Source: Candidatus Nomurabacteria bacterium (GTDB taxonomy: Bacteria; Patescibacteriota; Minisyncoccia; Phycocordibacterales; UBA9973). From it: 64,000 bases of DNA. This document shows, piece by piece, positions 51,995-59,732 of this stretch; the first letter of the stretch is position 1, and each line of letters opens with the position of its first letter. The position numbers were made by a program, and so were the translations under genes. The notes beneath the pieces were generated by a model, which had not been told where the DNA came from, made no database searches, and saw only the letters and a program-made list of their open reading frames with translations. The DNA lies in contig JACKGL010000002.1 in NCBI GenBank assembly GCA_020631955.1, positions 77,860-141,859 of the forward strand. The letters are read 5' to 3'.

Positions 51995-53417
51995 AAAATT
52001 TACATTTTCATTATTGATAATAATATTTGCTTTTTCTGTATTTAAAAGCGCTTTTGCTATCACAGAAACAGGAGTGGAAATAACACAGTTGCAAGAAGAC
52101 AGTATAACTAAAAACTCTATAACACTTTCTGGTGAATACACCTTTGAGAATTGGGGGCTAAAATATCCATATGGGCTCAAGTTTGTTTACGGAGAAGACC
52201 CAGACAACCTAAATCTAGAGACTGAAAATATTTTAACCGAGGATATTACCCCTCCTTTCACAGGCGTAAGAACTTTCACTTATACAATAACAGGTCTTAC
52301 TCCTAATACTAGCTATTTTTATAATATAAAAGATACCAACACTGAAGTTTTGGGGGAGTACATGCCTGTAACTGGTTCTTTCATCACAGAAGCTTTGGTA
52401 ATAGGAGGCACAGTGGGTGATACAAAAGTAAATACCGGTGGTAAAGATATATCAAACGTAGGAATACAAATTGGAAATAACGCGACAACTATAAACACAG
52501 GTACAAACTGTGTAGAAGAAGATAATAATGAATACTGTTTCTTAGCACCTTTACCTGGTTTTAGTGATAAGATAGATGCAAGTTTTGGTTTTGGTGATTA
52601 TGTAAACTCTCTTATAACACTTGCTATAGGTATAGCTATAGTACTAGCAATACTCATGATAGTTATAGGTGGGGTACAATACATGTCCACAGATGCGTTT
52701 TCTGGTAAACAAGAAGGAAGGGAGCGGATAACTAATGCACTTATTGGGCTTGTTATAGCTTTGGGAGCATACACAATATTGAACACAATATCTCCCAACT
52801 TAGTAAACTTCAACGTAAGTGTAAAAACAGTTAGCTTCGAAGCAGATCCTATAGATTTTTCTGAGCCACCTGTATTAAATGCTGACAATACATATGCTGT
52901 AGCGGTAGGGCAGCAAGAGTTGGACGGACAAATATATAAAACTGGTTGGGCCTGGCCAAATGATACACCTGATATAAGAAGTTATCTTGAATCACAAGGG
53001 ATAGAAGTTACAGCCACTAAAGGGACAGATGCTGATTGTGATTATGTCGGTGAAAAAGGTTGTACATCCGTAAAGTTTGATAGTTCTATAAGCGGTTTAG
53101 TTTTAGATAAAATAGAAACACTCCGAGCGGCTTGTAACTGTACTCTTGTGGTCACTGGTGGATCAGAGTTTTGGCTACATAAAACTCACGGCCCTGGAGC
53201 AAAAGCGATAGACTTTAGTGTAACATCAGGCCTTACAGAGTACATCACAGGTTCTAGTTCTTTCCCGAGTTCTGGATCTTGTAAATGGTATCCATTGCCG
53301 GCGTCTGATTTTGGAGGAAAAGGCTGCGCTTTAGCAGAACACGCAGCGTGTGGAGCTGCTGCTCATTGGCATATAAACTTTGATAGAGATCCAAATAAGA
53401 GTTGCCAAAGTAATTAG
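51981..53417 (+). CDS. T4SS pilin-like (VirB2/TrbC-type two-helix) protein with an N-terminal FN3-like module and a Cys-rich C-terminal domain carrying an H-x7-D...H-x-H signature
   Basis: 478 aa. Signal-like N-terminus. YTITGLTPNTSYFYNIKD is an FN3-like motif. LITLAIGIAIVLAILMIVIGGVQYMSTDAFSGKQEGRERITNALIGLVIALGAYTILNTI is pilin-like. The C-terminus has nine Cys, plus HKTHGPGAKAID and HWH. Confidence 0.6.
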   Translation: MLTIKKFTFSLLIIIFAFSVFKSAFAITETGVEITQLQEDSITKNSITLSGEYTFENWGLKYPYGLKFVYGEDPDNLNLETENILTEDITPPFTGVRTFTYTITGLTPNTSYFYNIKDTNTEVLGEYMPVTGSFITEALVIGGTVGDTKVNTGGKDISNVGIQIGNNATTINTGTNCVEEDNNEYCFLAPLPGFSDKIDASFGFGDYVNSLITLAIGIAIVLAILMIVIGGVQYMSTDAFSGKQEGRERITNALIGLVIALGAYTILNTISPNLVNFNVSVKTVSFEADPIDFSEPPVLNADNTYAVAVGQQELDGQIYKTGWAWPNDTPDIRSYLESQGIEVTATKGTDADCDYVGEKGCTSVKFDSSISGLVLDKIETLRAACNCTLVVTGGSEFWLHKTHGPGAKAIDFSVTSGLTEYITGSSSFPSSGSCKWYPLPASDFGGKGCALAEHAACGAAAHWHINFDRDPNKSCQSN

Positions 53418-53419
53418 TT

Positions 53420-54715
53420 ATGAAAAGAAAAAGATTAATAATATTAATATTGATAGTACTAGGTCTAATTATAGTTTTTGCTGTTTTTGGTAGAGGTAAG
53501 CAAGTATCTACACAAAACACTGACCAGTCTGGTAGGTCAGGTTTTTCTGATATATTTTCAAATCTTGGCAATCTATTTTCTCCATCAAATAATACAGGTA
53601 CTCCTACAGACAACACAAACCAAAACAACCAAATAGATAATACTATTCAAGATGGTTCTGTATACACAACATTAAAAAAAGTGTCTTCTGAACCAGTAGC
53701 AGGATATACTTTTTATGACTATGAAGAAAAAATAGAATACACAAATCAAGATGGTAAGAAAGAAGAGGTTGTAGAAAATAAAAACCTAATAAGATACATG
53801 AAAAAAACAACTGGCTTTGTTAGCGACACAAACACCCAAGTTTTTCCTTTGACGGAAGTTAGGATATCAAACACCACAATACCAAAAATACAAGAAGCAG
53901 TATTCTTTAATAACGCAACAGGAGTAATAACACGACTCTTAGACGACGACCTAGAAACAATAAAAACTTTCCAAGGCACCATAACACCTGGGTCTGGTTC
54001 CCAACCAGGTAATGTAACCGGAAGTTTTATAGAAGAAAACATCCCAGAAATAGCTATCTCTCCTAATGGTACTAATATGGTTTATTACAAAAAATCAAAC
54101 TATGACACTTTCTTTTATAATAAAAACCTACTTACATCTGGAAATGACTCTTTCTTTAATACTAGTTTTTATTCTTGGCTTATGGACTTTACCAATGAAA
54201 ACACCCTTACTTTGTCCACAAAAGGATCTTACTACACAGATGGGTATGTGTACTCACTTCATTTAGATGGAAAATTAAATAAAATACTTGGTGGTAAAAA
54301 AGGTATGGTAGGTAAACTAAGTCCAAATGAAAATTATCTATTGTATAGTATAAGCCAGGGAAATAGTTTCAAACTATACCTTTATGACATAAAAGAGGGA
54401 AGAGATGTAGATACAGGTATACGCACCCTAGTAGATAAATGTGTTTGGGGTAAAGTGAGTCAATACATATACTGTGGCGTCCCACAAAACCCGTTAAGTG
54501 GTATTTACCCAGATGATTGGTATCTAGGTAACAAGAATTTTTCGGACTCTATATGGAAAATAAATGTATCAACAAACTCTGCTTTCAAAATAAGTGATGT
54601 AAGCTCAGAATCAAAAGAAGATATAGATGTTATAGAACTACAAATAAACTCTCTTGATAACAGACTTGGTTTTATAAATAAAAACGATTACAGTCTTTGG
54701 ATGTTGGATCTATAA
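53420..54715 (+). CDS. membrane-anchored protein with PD40/TolB-like beta-propeller repeats (tentative)
   Basis: 431 aa. TM helix LIILILIVLGLIIVFAVF. ISPNGTNMVYY and LSPNENYLLYSISQGNSFKLYLYDIKEG resemble PD40 repeats. Confidence 0.5.
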   Translation: MKRKRLIILILIVLGLIIVFAVFGRGKQVSTQNTDQSGRSGFSDIFSNLGNLFSPSNNTGTPTDNTNQNNQIDNTIQDGSVYTTLKKVSSEPVAGYTFYDYEEKIEYTNQDGKKEEVVENKNLIRYMKKTTGFVSDTNTQVFPLTEVRISNTTIPKIQEAVFFNNATGVITRLLDDDLETIKTFQGTITPGSGSQPGNVTGSFIEENIPEIAISPNGTNMVYYKKSNYDTFFYNKNLLTSGNDSFFNTSFYSWLMDFTNENTLTLSTKGSYYTDGYVYSLHLDGKLNKILGGKKGMVGKLSPNENYLLYSISQGNSFKLYLYDIKEGRDVDTGIRTLVDKCVWGKVSQYIYCGVPQNPLSGIYPDDWYLGNKNFSDSIWKINVSTNSAFKISDVSSESKEDIDVIELQINSLDNRLGFINKNDYSLWMLDL

Positions 54716-54717
54716 AA

Positions 54718-54747
54718 TAAAAGCCCGCCGATAAGGCGGGTTTTATT
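54718..54747. terminator. bidirectional intrinsic terminator closing the 22-kb block
   Basis: CCCGCC-GATAA-GGCGGG, with TTTTATT downstream and AAAATAAAA upstream. Confidence 0.85.
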
Positions 54748-55213
54748 CTTCTATATACTCTATTACTACTCTTCTTTGTCTACCTTCCCCTGTGGAGTTG
54801 GTTCTTATGTTTGGTTTGTCTTGTAGGAATTCGTGGACTATTCTTCTGGCAAAAGGGTTCATTGGTTCTAGCTCTACGTTTTTCTTGAAAAATTTAGCTC
54901 TTTCAGCCATCATATGAGCTGTGGTTTGAAGGCTTTCTATTCTCTTTTTTTCAATACCGTTTATATCTACAACCACAGAAGGTAATAAACTCTTATCTGT
55001 AAAAGATCTTTCTATTATTTTTCTGCCCAAATAATTTATAGCGCTTTGTAAATCTGATATTCTGTTTTCTCTATTTTCTATTTTTTCAGTTGATCTTAGT
55101 TCCATCCATAGTGAATTTGATTTTGGATTGTATTCAAAAGAAACTATGTCTATAGGTAGAGCGGATTTGTTTATTATATCTTCATAGATTTGTCTTATAT
55201 CTTCTTTTTTCAT
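54743..55213 (-). CDS. jag: Jag/KhpB-like R3H-domain RNA-binding protein
   Basis: 156 aa. C-terminal R3H motif MNPFARRIVHEFLQ. Sits downstream of yidC as in many bacteria. Confidence 0.8.
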   Translation of the reverse strand: MKKEDIRQIYEDIINKSALPIDIVSFEYNPKSNSLWMELRSTEKIENRENRISDLQSAINYLGRKIIERSFTDKSLLPSVVVDINGIEKKRIESLQTTAHMMAERAKFFKKNVELEPMNPFARRIVHEFLQDKPNIRTNSTGEGRQRRVVIEYIEE

Positions 55214-55214
55214 A

Positions 55215-55952
55215 CTAAGATTGCTTGTATTTATTTTCCAACTTCTTTCTTATAACATACTCCTGTACGACAGTAAAAACGTTGCTGATAACCCAGTATA
55301 GAGATACGGCGCTGTTTATAGAAAAAGCTATTATAGTAACAAAAACAGGGAATATATACCTCATTTGGAAGCTCATAGATGTAGATAGACTTTCTTGGAA
55401 GTTTTTAGGCTCTGTGTTTTTAGTATCAACCTTTTTAGGGTTGAATTTCTGAACAACAGAAGCTTGCAAGAACTGACTAACCCCAGCTAATAGAGCTAAG
55501 AATATGCTTCTTTGTGTAAGATCTTGAAAACCAAAAAGTGTATTATTTATATTATCAGGAAGGTTTATAAAAGAGTAAATAACAGCATCAGGGTTGCCTA
55601 TTCCTTTTATAAAAACACTATACAAAGCTATTATGATAGGAAACTGTATAAGAAGTGGAAGACAACCAGAAAAAGGGTTGATGTTTTTTTCCTTGTACAA
55701 CTCAAATGTCTTCTTTGCTTGTTCTTCTTTTGATAAATCTGATTCTTTTATTTTTTTGAGTTCTGGTTCTATAACCTTCATCTCAAACTGACTTCTTATA
55801 GATTTTTGAGCAAGAGGAAATAGAACGAGTTTTACTAAAATAGTAAGTAAAACTATAGACAGAGCCATTGAGTGCCCAGGTAAAAAGCTTACAAAAAATA
55901 CTAGAACATTATAAAGAGGTTCATAAAAAATGTTTTGCCACAAACCTTGCAT
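55215..55952 (-). CDS. yidC: membrane protein insertase YidC (short form)
   Basis: 245 aa. Contains LVLFPLAQKSIRSQFEMKVIEPELKKIKE, NPFSGCLPLLIQFPIIIALY and five TM helices. Confidence 0.92.
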   Translation of the reverse strand: MQGLWQNIFYEPLYNVLVFFVSFLPGHSMALSIVLLTILVKLVLFPLAQKSIRSQFEMKVIEPELKKIKESDLSKEEQAKKTFELYKEKNINPFSGCLPLLIQFPIIIALYSVFIKGIGNPDAVIYSFINLPDNINNTLFGFQDLTQRSIFLALLAGVSQFLQASVVQKFNPKKVDTKNTEPKNFQESLSTSMSFQMRYIFPVFVTIIAFSINSAVSLYWVISNVFTVVQEYVIRKKLENKYKQS

Positions 55953-56032
55953 AATGGTAGGATTCTACCTTTTATTAAGGATAAAATCAAATAAATACCA
56001 TAAATAAAAACATTATTATCCTTTTGACAATA

Positions 56033-56236
56033 TTATTTTACAGGATCATAACCACCTTTGTTCCAAGGGTTGCATCTAAGTATCCTATAAATACATAAAA
56101 ACAAGGATTTGGGAAACTTTTTTTTCTTAAATGTCTGGCTGCAATATTCTGAACAACTTGGGTAAAACCTACAAGAGGGCTTGTAAAAGCCAATAAAAAT
56201 AAGGATTTTTTTGAAAAATTGGTATATTTTTATCAT
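56033..56236 (-). CDS. yidD: membrane protein insertion efficiency factor YidD
   Basis: 67 aa. Contains CRFYPSCSEY and RCNPWNKGGYDP. Confidence 0.92.
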   Translation of the reverse strand: MIKIYQFFKKILIFIGFYKPSCRFYPSCSEYCSQTFKKKKFPKSLFLCIYRILRCNPWNKGGYDPVK

Positions 56237-56562
56237 TTTATATCCCTTAAAATAGTCTCTTTTAGCTCTTTTTTGAGAGTATTTTGGTTGGTTAAAGCCT
56301 CTTTTTTAGGGTATACAACTACAGAAAAACCTTTATTTTTCAATGTAAAATCCTTAAATTGGTCAAAAATTAACCTTTTTAGTTTGTTTCTATCTGTGGC
56401 CTTTTTTGATATTTTTTTAGACACAACCACACTTATTTTTGATGGTTTTTCATTATTTTTATTATAAACCAAAGAAAAAAGGCTTTGAGAAACCTTCTTC
56501 TTTTTCAAACCATCCAATATATCAAAGTCTTTTTTTGATAATTTATGTCTTTTTGAAAGCAT
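56233..56562 (-). CDS. rnpA: ribonuclease P protein component
   Basis: 109 aa, basic. Contains KAT.RNKLKR (KKATDRNKLKRLI). Positioned between rpmH and yidD, with a 4-nt overlap with yidD. Confidence 0.85.
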   Translation of the reverse strand: MLSKRHKLSKKDFDILDGLKKKKVSQSLFSLVYNKNNEKPSKISVVVSKKISKKATDRNKLKRLIFDQFKDFTLKNKGFSVVVYPKKEALTNQNTLKKELKETILRDIK

Positions 56563-56720
56563 TATTTAGTCTTAGTTTTGGTTGTTTTTACAGCAATTTG
56601 TGCTCTACCTTTTCTTCTTCTAGCTGTAAGAACCTTCTTACCAGTAGGGGAAGAACTACGAACCAAGAAACCGTGTGTTTTTGCTCTTTTTCTTTTCTTT
56701 GGATTATATGTTACTGACAT
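56562..56720 (-). CDS. rpmH: 50S ribosomal protein L34
   Basis: Start at ATG 56720 ([44 protein letters not shown]). The ORF-track start at 56795 is a spurious extension. Confidence 0.92.
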   Translation of the reverse strand: MSVTYNPKKRKRAKTHGFLVRSSSPTGKKVLTARRRKGRAQIAVKTTKTKTK

Positions 56721-56821
56721 GGCTACACTATAATTAAAATTTCGAAAAAAGGCAATAGCTGTTGGTAAAAAAAGTTTTACACAGATTTTCAACACTCTTT
56801 AAACTTTGTCTATATTGCTAA

Positions 56822-56830
56822 TGTGGATAT
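56822..56830 (-). promoter_or_regulatory. DnaA-box-like site upstream of dnaA
   Basis: TGTGGATAT, whose reverse complement ATATCCACA has one mismatch to TTATCCACA. Lies 20 nt before the dnaA ATG. Confidence 0.5.
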
Positions 56831-56849
56831 TTAGTATAAAATCGTACAC

Positions 56850-58205
56850 ATGGTTACAAACACCAAAGAACTTTGGGGAAATTGTTTATCTTTGATCGAA
56901 GGGGAGCTTTCAAAAGCAAACTTTAATACTTGGTTTAAAAACACTTTTATCTTAAAGGTAAATGAGGGTACTTTGGTTCTTGGTGTCCCTAATGAATTTG
57001 TCAGAGACTGGTTAAAAAGTAAATATGAAAAGACTATTCTCAAAACAATTATAAATTTTGAAGATTCTGTAAGAAATATAGAGTTCGAAATAGCTACGAT
57101 AGACAAAACACCTAAAGAGGATATCTATATTGGTGAAGAAGAAAAAGAAGATCCTAACCAACTACCTCTTTCTGACTTATACATAAATAAAGATGATAAT
57201 TTAAACCCAAAATACACCTTCGATAGATTTATTGTTGGTTCTTTCAATGAGTTAGCTCACGCAGCATCACAAGCAATAATAAAAAATCCAGGAGAAGCTT
57301 ATAACCCTTTCTTTGTTTATGGTGGAACAGGTTTAGGAAAAACCCACTTACTACAAGCCACAGGCAACTCTATAAAGAAAAAATTTAAAAATGCAAAAAT
57401 ATACTATACAACATTAGAAAAATTCTCAATAGATTATATAAACTCACTTCAAACAAACAAACCAAATGAGTTTAAAGAAAAATATAGAAAATATGACGTA
57501 TGTATTATAGACGATATACAGTTTTTGAGTGGAAAAGAAAAAACCCAAGAAGAGTTGTTTCATTTGTTTAATGAATTATATGAAAAAGGTAAGCAAATAA
57601 TATTTTCATCAGATAAACACCCAAATTATATTGCTGGGTTAGAAGATAGACTCAAATCAAGGTTTCAAGCTGGTATGATAGTTCAGATAACAGAACCTGA
57701 CTATGAGTCTAGAATGGCTATTTTGAAGGCAAAAATAAAAGAGGGTGGTTCTGTTATAAACCAAGAAACCTTGGAATATATAGTTAAAAACGTAGATGGT
57801 AATGTTAGGGAACTTGAGGGTGCTTTTAATTCTGTTGTATTTCAAAGTCAGTTAAAAAAGAAGAATTTATCTATTGGTGAAGTATCTAACCTTATAAAAC
57901 ATACAAACAAACCAAAGAAAAATATATCTATAAAAGAACTTATTACTTATGTTTCTGATTTTTACTCCGTGGATGAGGATTCTATTTATGATAAAACAAG
58001 AAGAAAAGAGGTGGTAAAAGCAAGACAGGTAATAATGTATCTTCTTAGAGAGGAGTTAAACATATCTTTTCCTATGATAGGTCAAAAACTTGGTGGAAAA
58101 GATCATACAACAGTTATACACTCTTGTATGAAAATAAAAAAGGATTTGAAAAATGATAATACTTTAGTAGATGAGATAGAAAGAATTAAAAGTGTGTTTA
58201 AGTAG
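56850..58205 (+). CDS. dnaA: chromosomal replication initiator protein DnaA
   Basis: 451 aa. Walker A GGTGLGKTHLL, then IIDDIQFL, the sensor/box VII region, and a C-terminal HTH (LGGKDHTTVIHSC). Confidence 0.97.
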   Translation: MVTNTKELWGNCLSLIEGELSKANFNTWFKNTFILKVNEGTLVLGVPNEFVRDWLKSKYEKTILKTIINFEDSVRNIEFEIATIDKTPKEDIYIGEEEKEDPNQLPLSDLYINKDDNLNPKYTFDRFIVGSFNELAHAASQAIIKNPGEAYNPFFVYGGTGLGKTHLLQATGNSIKKKFKNAKIYYTTLEKFSIDYINSLQTNKPNEFKEKYRKYDVCIIDDIQFLSGKEKTQEELFHLFNELYEKGKQIIFSSDKHPNYIAGLEDRLKSRFQAGMIVQITEPDYESRMAILKAKIKEGGSVINQETLEYIVKNVDGNVRELEGAFNSVVFQSQLKKKNLSIGEVSNLIKHTNKPKKNISIKELITYVSDFYSVDEDSIYDKTRRKEVVKARQVIMYLLREELNISFPMIGQKLGGKDHTTVIHSCMKIKKDLKNDNTLVDEIERIKSVFK

Positions 58206-58382
58206 TGGATTATGTTGTGGATATATGTGGAAAAAAATAAATATAAATTTTTATACACATAGATATTAGTTTAATTTTTACATCTTTTACACAAATAAAA
58301 ATTAAAAAATATATTTAAATTAAAGAGTAAAATTAATTTATCCACAGAAAATTGGCAGATAATAAATAAAATAAAAGAATAT
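58206..58382. other. candidate oriC: dnaA-dnaN spacer with a DnaA-box cluster and AT-rich unwinding region
   Basis: One perfect TTATCCACA at 58338-58346. One-mismatch boxes at 58216-58224 (TGTGGATAT), 58226-58234 (TGTGGAAAA) and 58251-58259 (TTATACACA). A two-mismatch box lies at 58204-58212. The rest of the spacer is almost pure A/T. Confidence 0.7.
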
Positions 58383-59480
58383 ATGAAAATAACATCAAAT
58401 TTAGACCTGTTGAAAAAGTACACACAAATAGCACTTAGATGTACTAGTAAAAACACTACACTACCTATTTTAAATTCTATTAGGTTAAAAGTGGAAAATA
58501 AGTTTTTAATAATAGAAGCTACCAACCTATCTTTAGGTGCTTCATGTAAATTTCCTGTAACTGTAGAAGAAGAAGGTGAAGTGGTTGTTAAATCGAGTGT
58601 TTTTGAATCATCTATAATGAATTTGAAAGATAAAAATATAAACTTATCTTTCGTAAAAGGTAATTTGGTTATAAAAACAAACTCTAATGAAATAACTATA
58701 AAAGGGGAAGAAAAAGATGATTTTCCAAAACTACCTAAAATAGAATCAGATATTAAAATAAATATTAAATCAGAGTATTTTTCAGAAGGTATTAAAGCTG
58801 TTGTTTGGTCATCATCAAACTCTGATATAAAACCAGAGTTGAGTAGTGTATATATTTACCACCAAGACAATAATATGTTTTTTGTTGCCACAGACTCATT
58901 CAGGTTAGCTGAAAGGAAAATAAAAACAAAAGGAGATATTGCAGATTTTACAACACTTATACCTTATAAAAACGCAGCTGAAATAAGTAGAGTTTTGGAT
59001 ATGGTTGATGACGAATTAACTGTTAGTTTTAGTAAAAACCAAATAAGCTTAGAAACAAACAGTGTTTATATAACAACAAGGGTGGTAGATAGTGTGTTTC
59101 CTGACTATAAACAAATAATACCAAAAGAAAAAAACACAGAAATAATTTTACTAAAAAAAGATCTTATTGAGGTACTTAAACTAGCTCAAGTTTTCTCTGA
59201 TAAGTTTAATCATCTAAATCTAAAAATAGATAAAGAAAACAAAGAGTGTGTTTTTGTGTCTAAAAACCAAGACACTGGGGAACAGGAATCGAGAGTAAAA
59301 ACAACAATAACAGGTGACACTGTGGAGGTAAATATAAACCTCAGATATATTATAGACGTTATGAGTATTATAAATGAAGACTCTATAGCTGTTAGTATAC
59401 AAAACCCAAACAAACCTATTATAGTTTCTGGTGTGGGTAATAAAGACTTTACTTATCTTCTTATGCCAATGAATAGATAA
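58383..59480 (+). CDS. dnaN: DNA polymerase III beta sliding clamp
   Basis: 365 aa. Three-domain length; contains PILNSIRL, ATDSFRLA and a C-terminal LLMPMN. Confidence 0.93.
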   Translation: MKITSNLDLLKKYTQIALRCTSKNTTLPILNSIRLKVENKFLIIEATNLSLGASCKFPVTVEEEGEVVVKSSVFESSIMNLKDKNINLSFVKGNLVIKTNSNEITIKGEEKDDFPKLPKIESDIKINIKSEYFSEGIKAVVWSSSNSDIKPELSSVYIYHQDNNMFFVATDSFRLAERKIKTKGDIADFTTLIPYKNAAEISRVLDMVDDELTVSFSKNQISLETNSVYITTRVVDSVFPDYKQIIPKEKNTEIILLKKDLIEVLKLAQVFSDKFNHLNLKIDKENKECVFVSKNQDTGEQESRVKTTITGDTVEVNINLRYIIDVMSIINEDSIAVSIQNPNKPIIVSGVGNKDFTYLLMPMNR

Positions 59481-59731
59481 TGTTTAATATAAAAGACATA
59501 TTACAACAAATAAGCCCTAAAATATCTTCAGAAATAAACAAAAAGAAGATTATTATTTCTATAATAGAAGATATATTAAATATAAAAATAGAGTTAGATC
59601 AAATAAAAATAAATAATAAAACACTTTTTATAAATATTTTTGGTGTTGAGAAAAACGAACTCTTAAACCATAAAGATATTTTAATCCAAAAAATAAACCA
59701 AAAAAATATTCTTATTTCAGATATAAAATAA
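59480..59731 (+). CDS. small hypothetical protein, possibly DUF721/DciA-like
   Basis: 83 aa. TAATG overlap with the dnaN stop. IKINNKTLFINIFGVEKNELLNHKDILIQKIN loosely resembles the DUF721 core. Weak evidence. Confidence 0.35.
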   Translation: MFNIKDILQQISPKISSEINKKKIIISIIEDILNIKIELDQIKINNKTLFINIFGVEKNELLNHKDILIQKINQKNILISDIK

Positions 59732-59732
59732 A

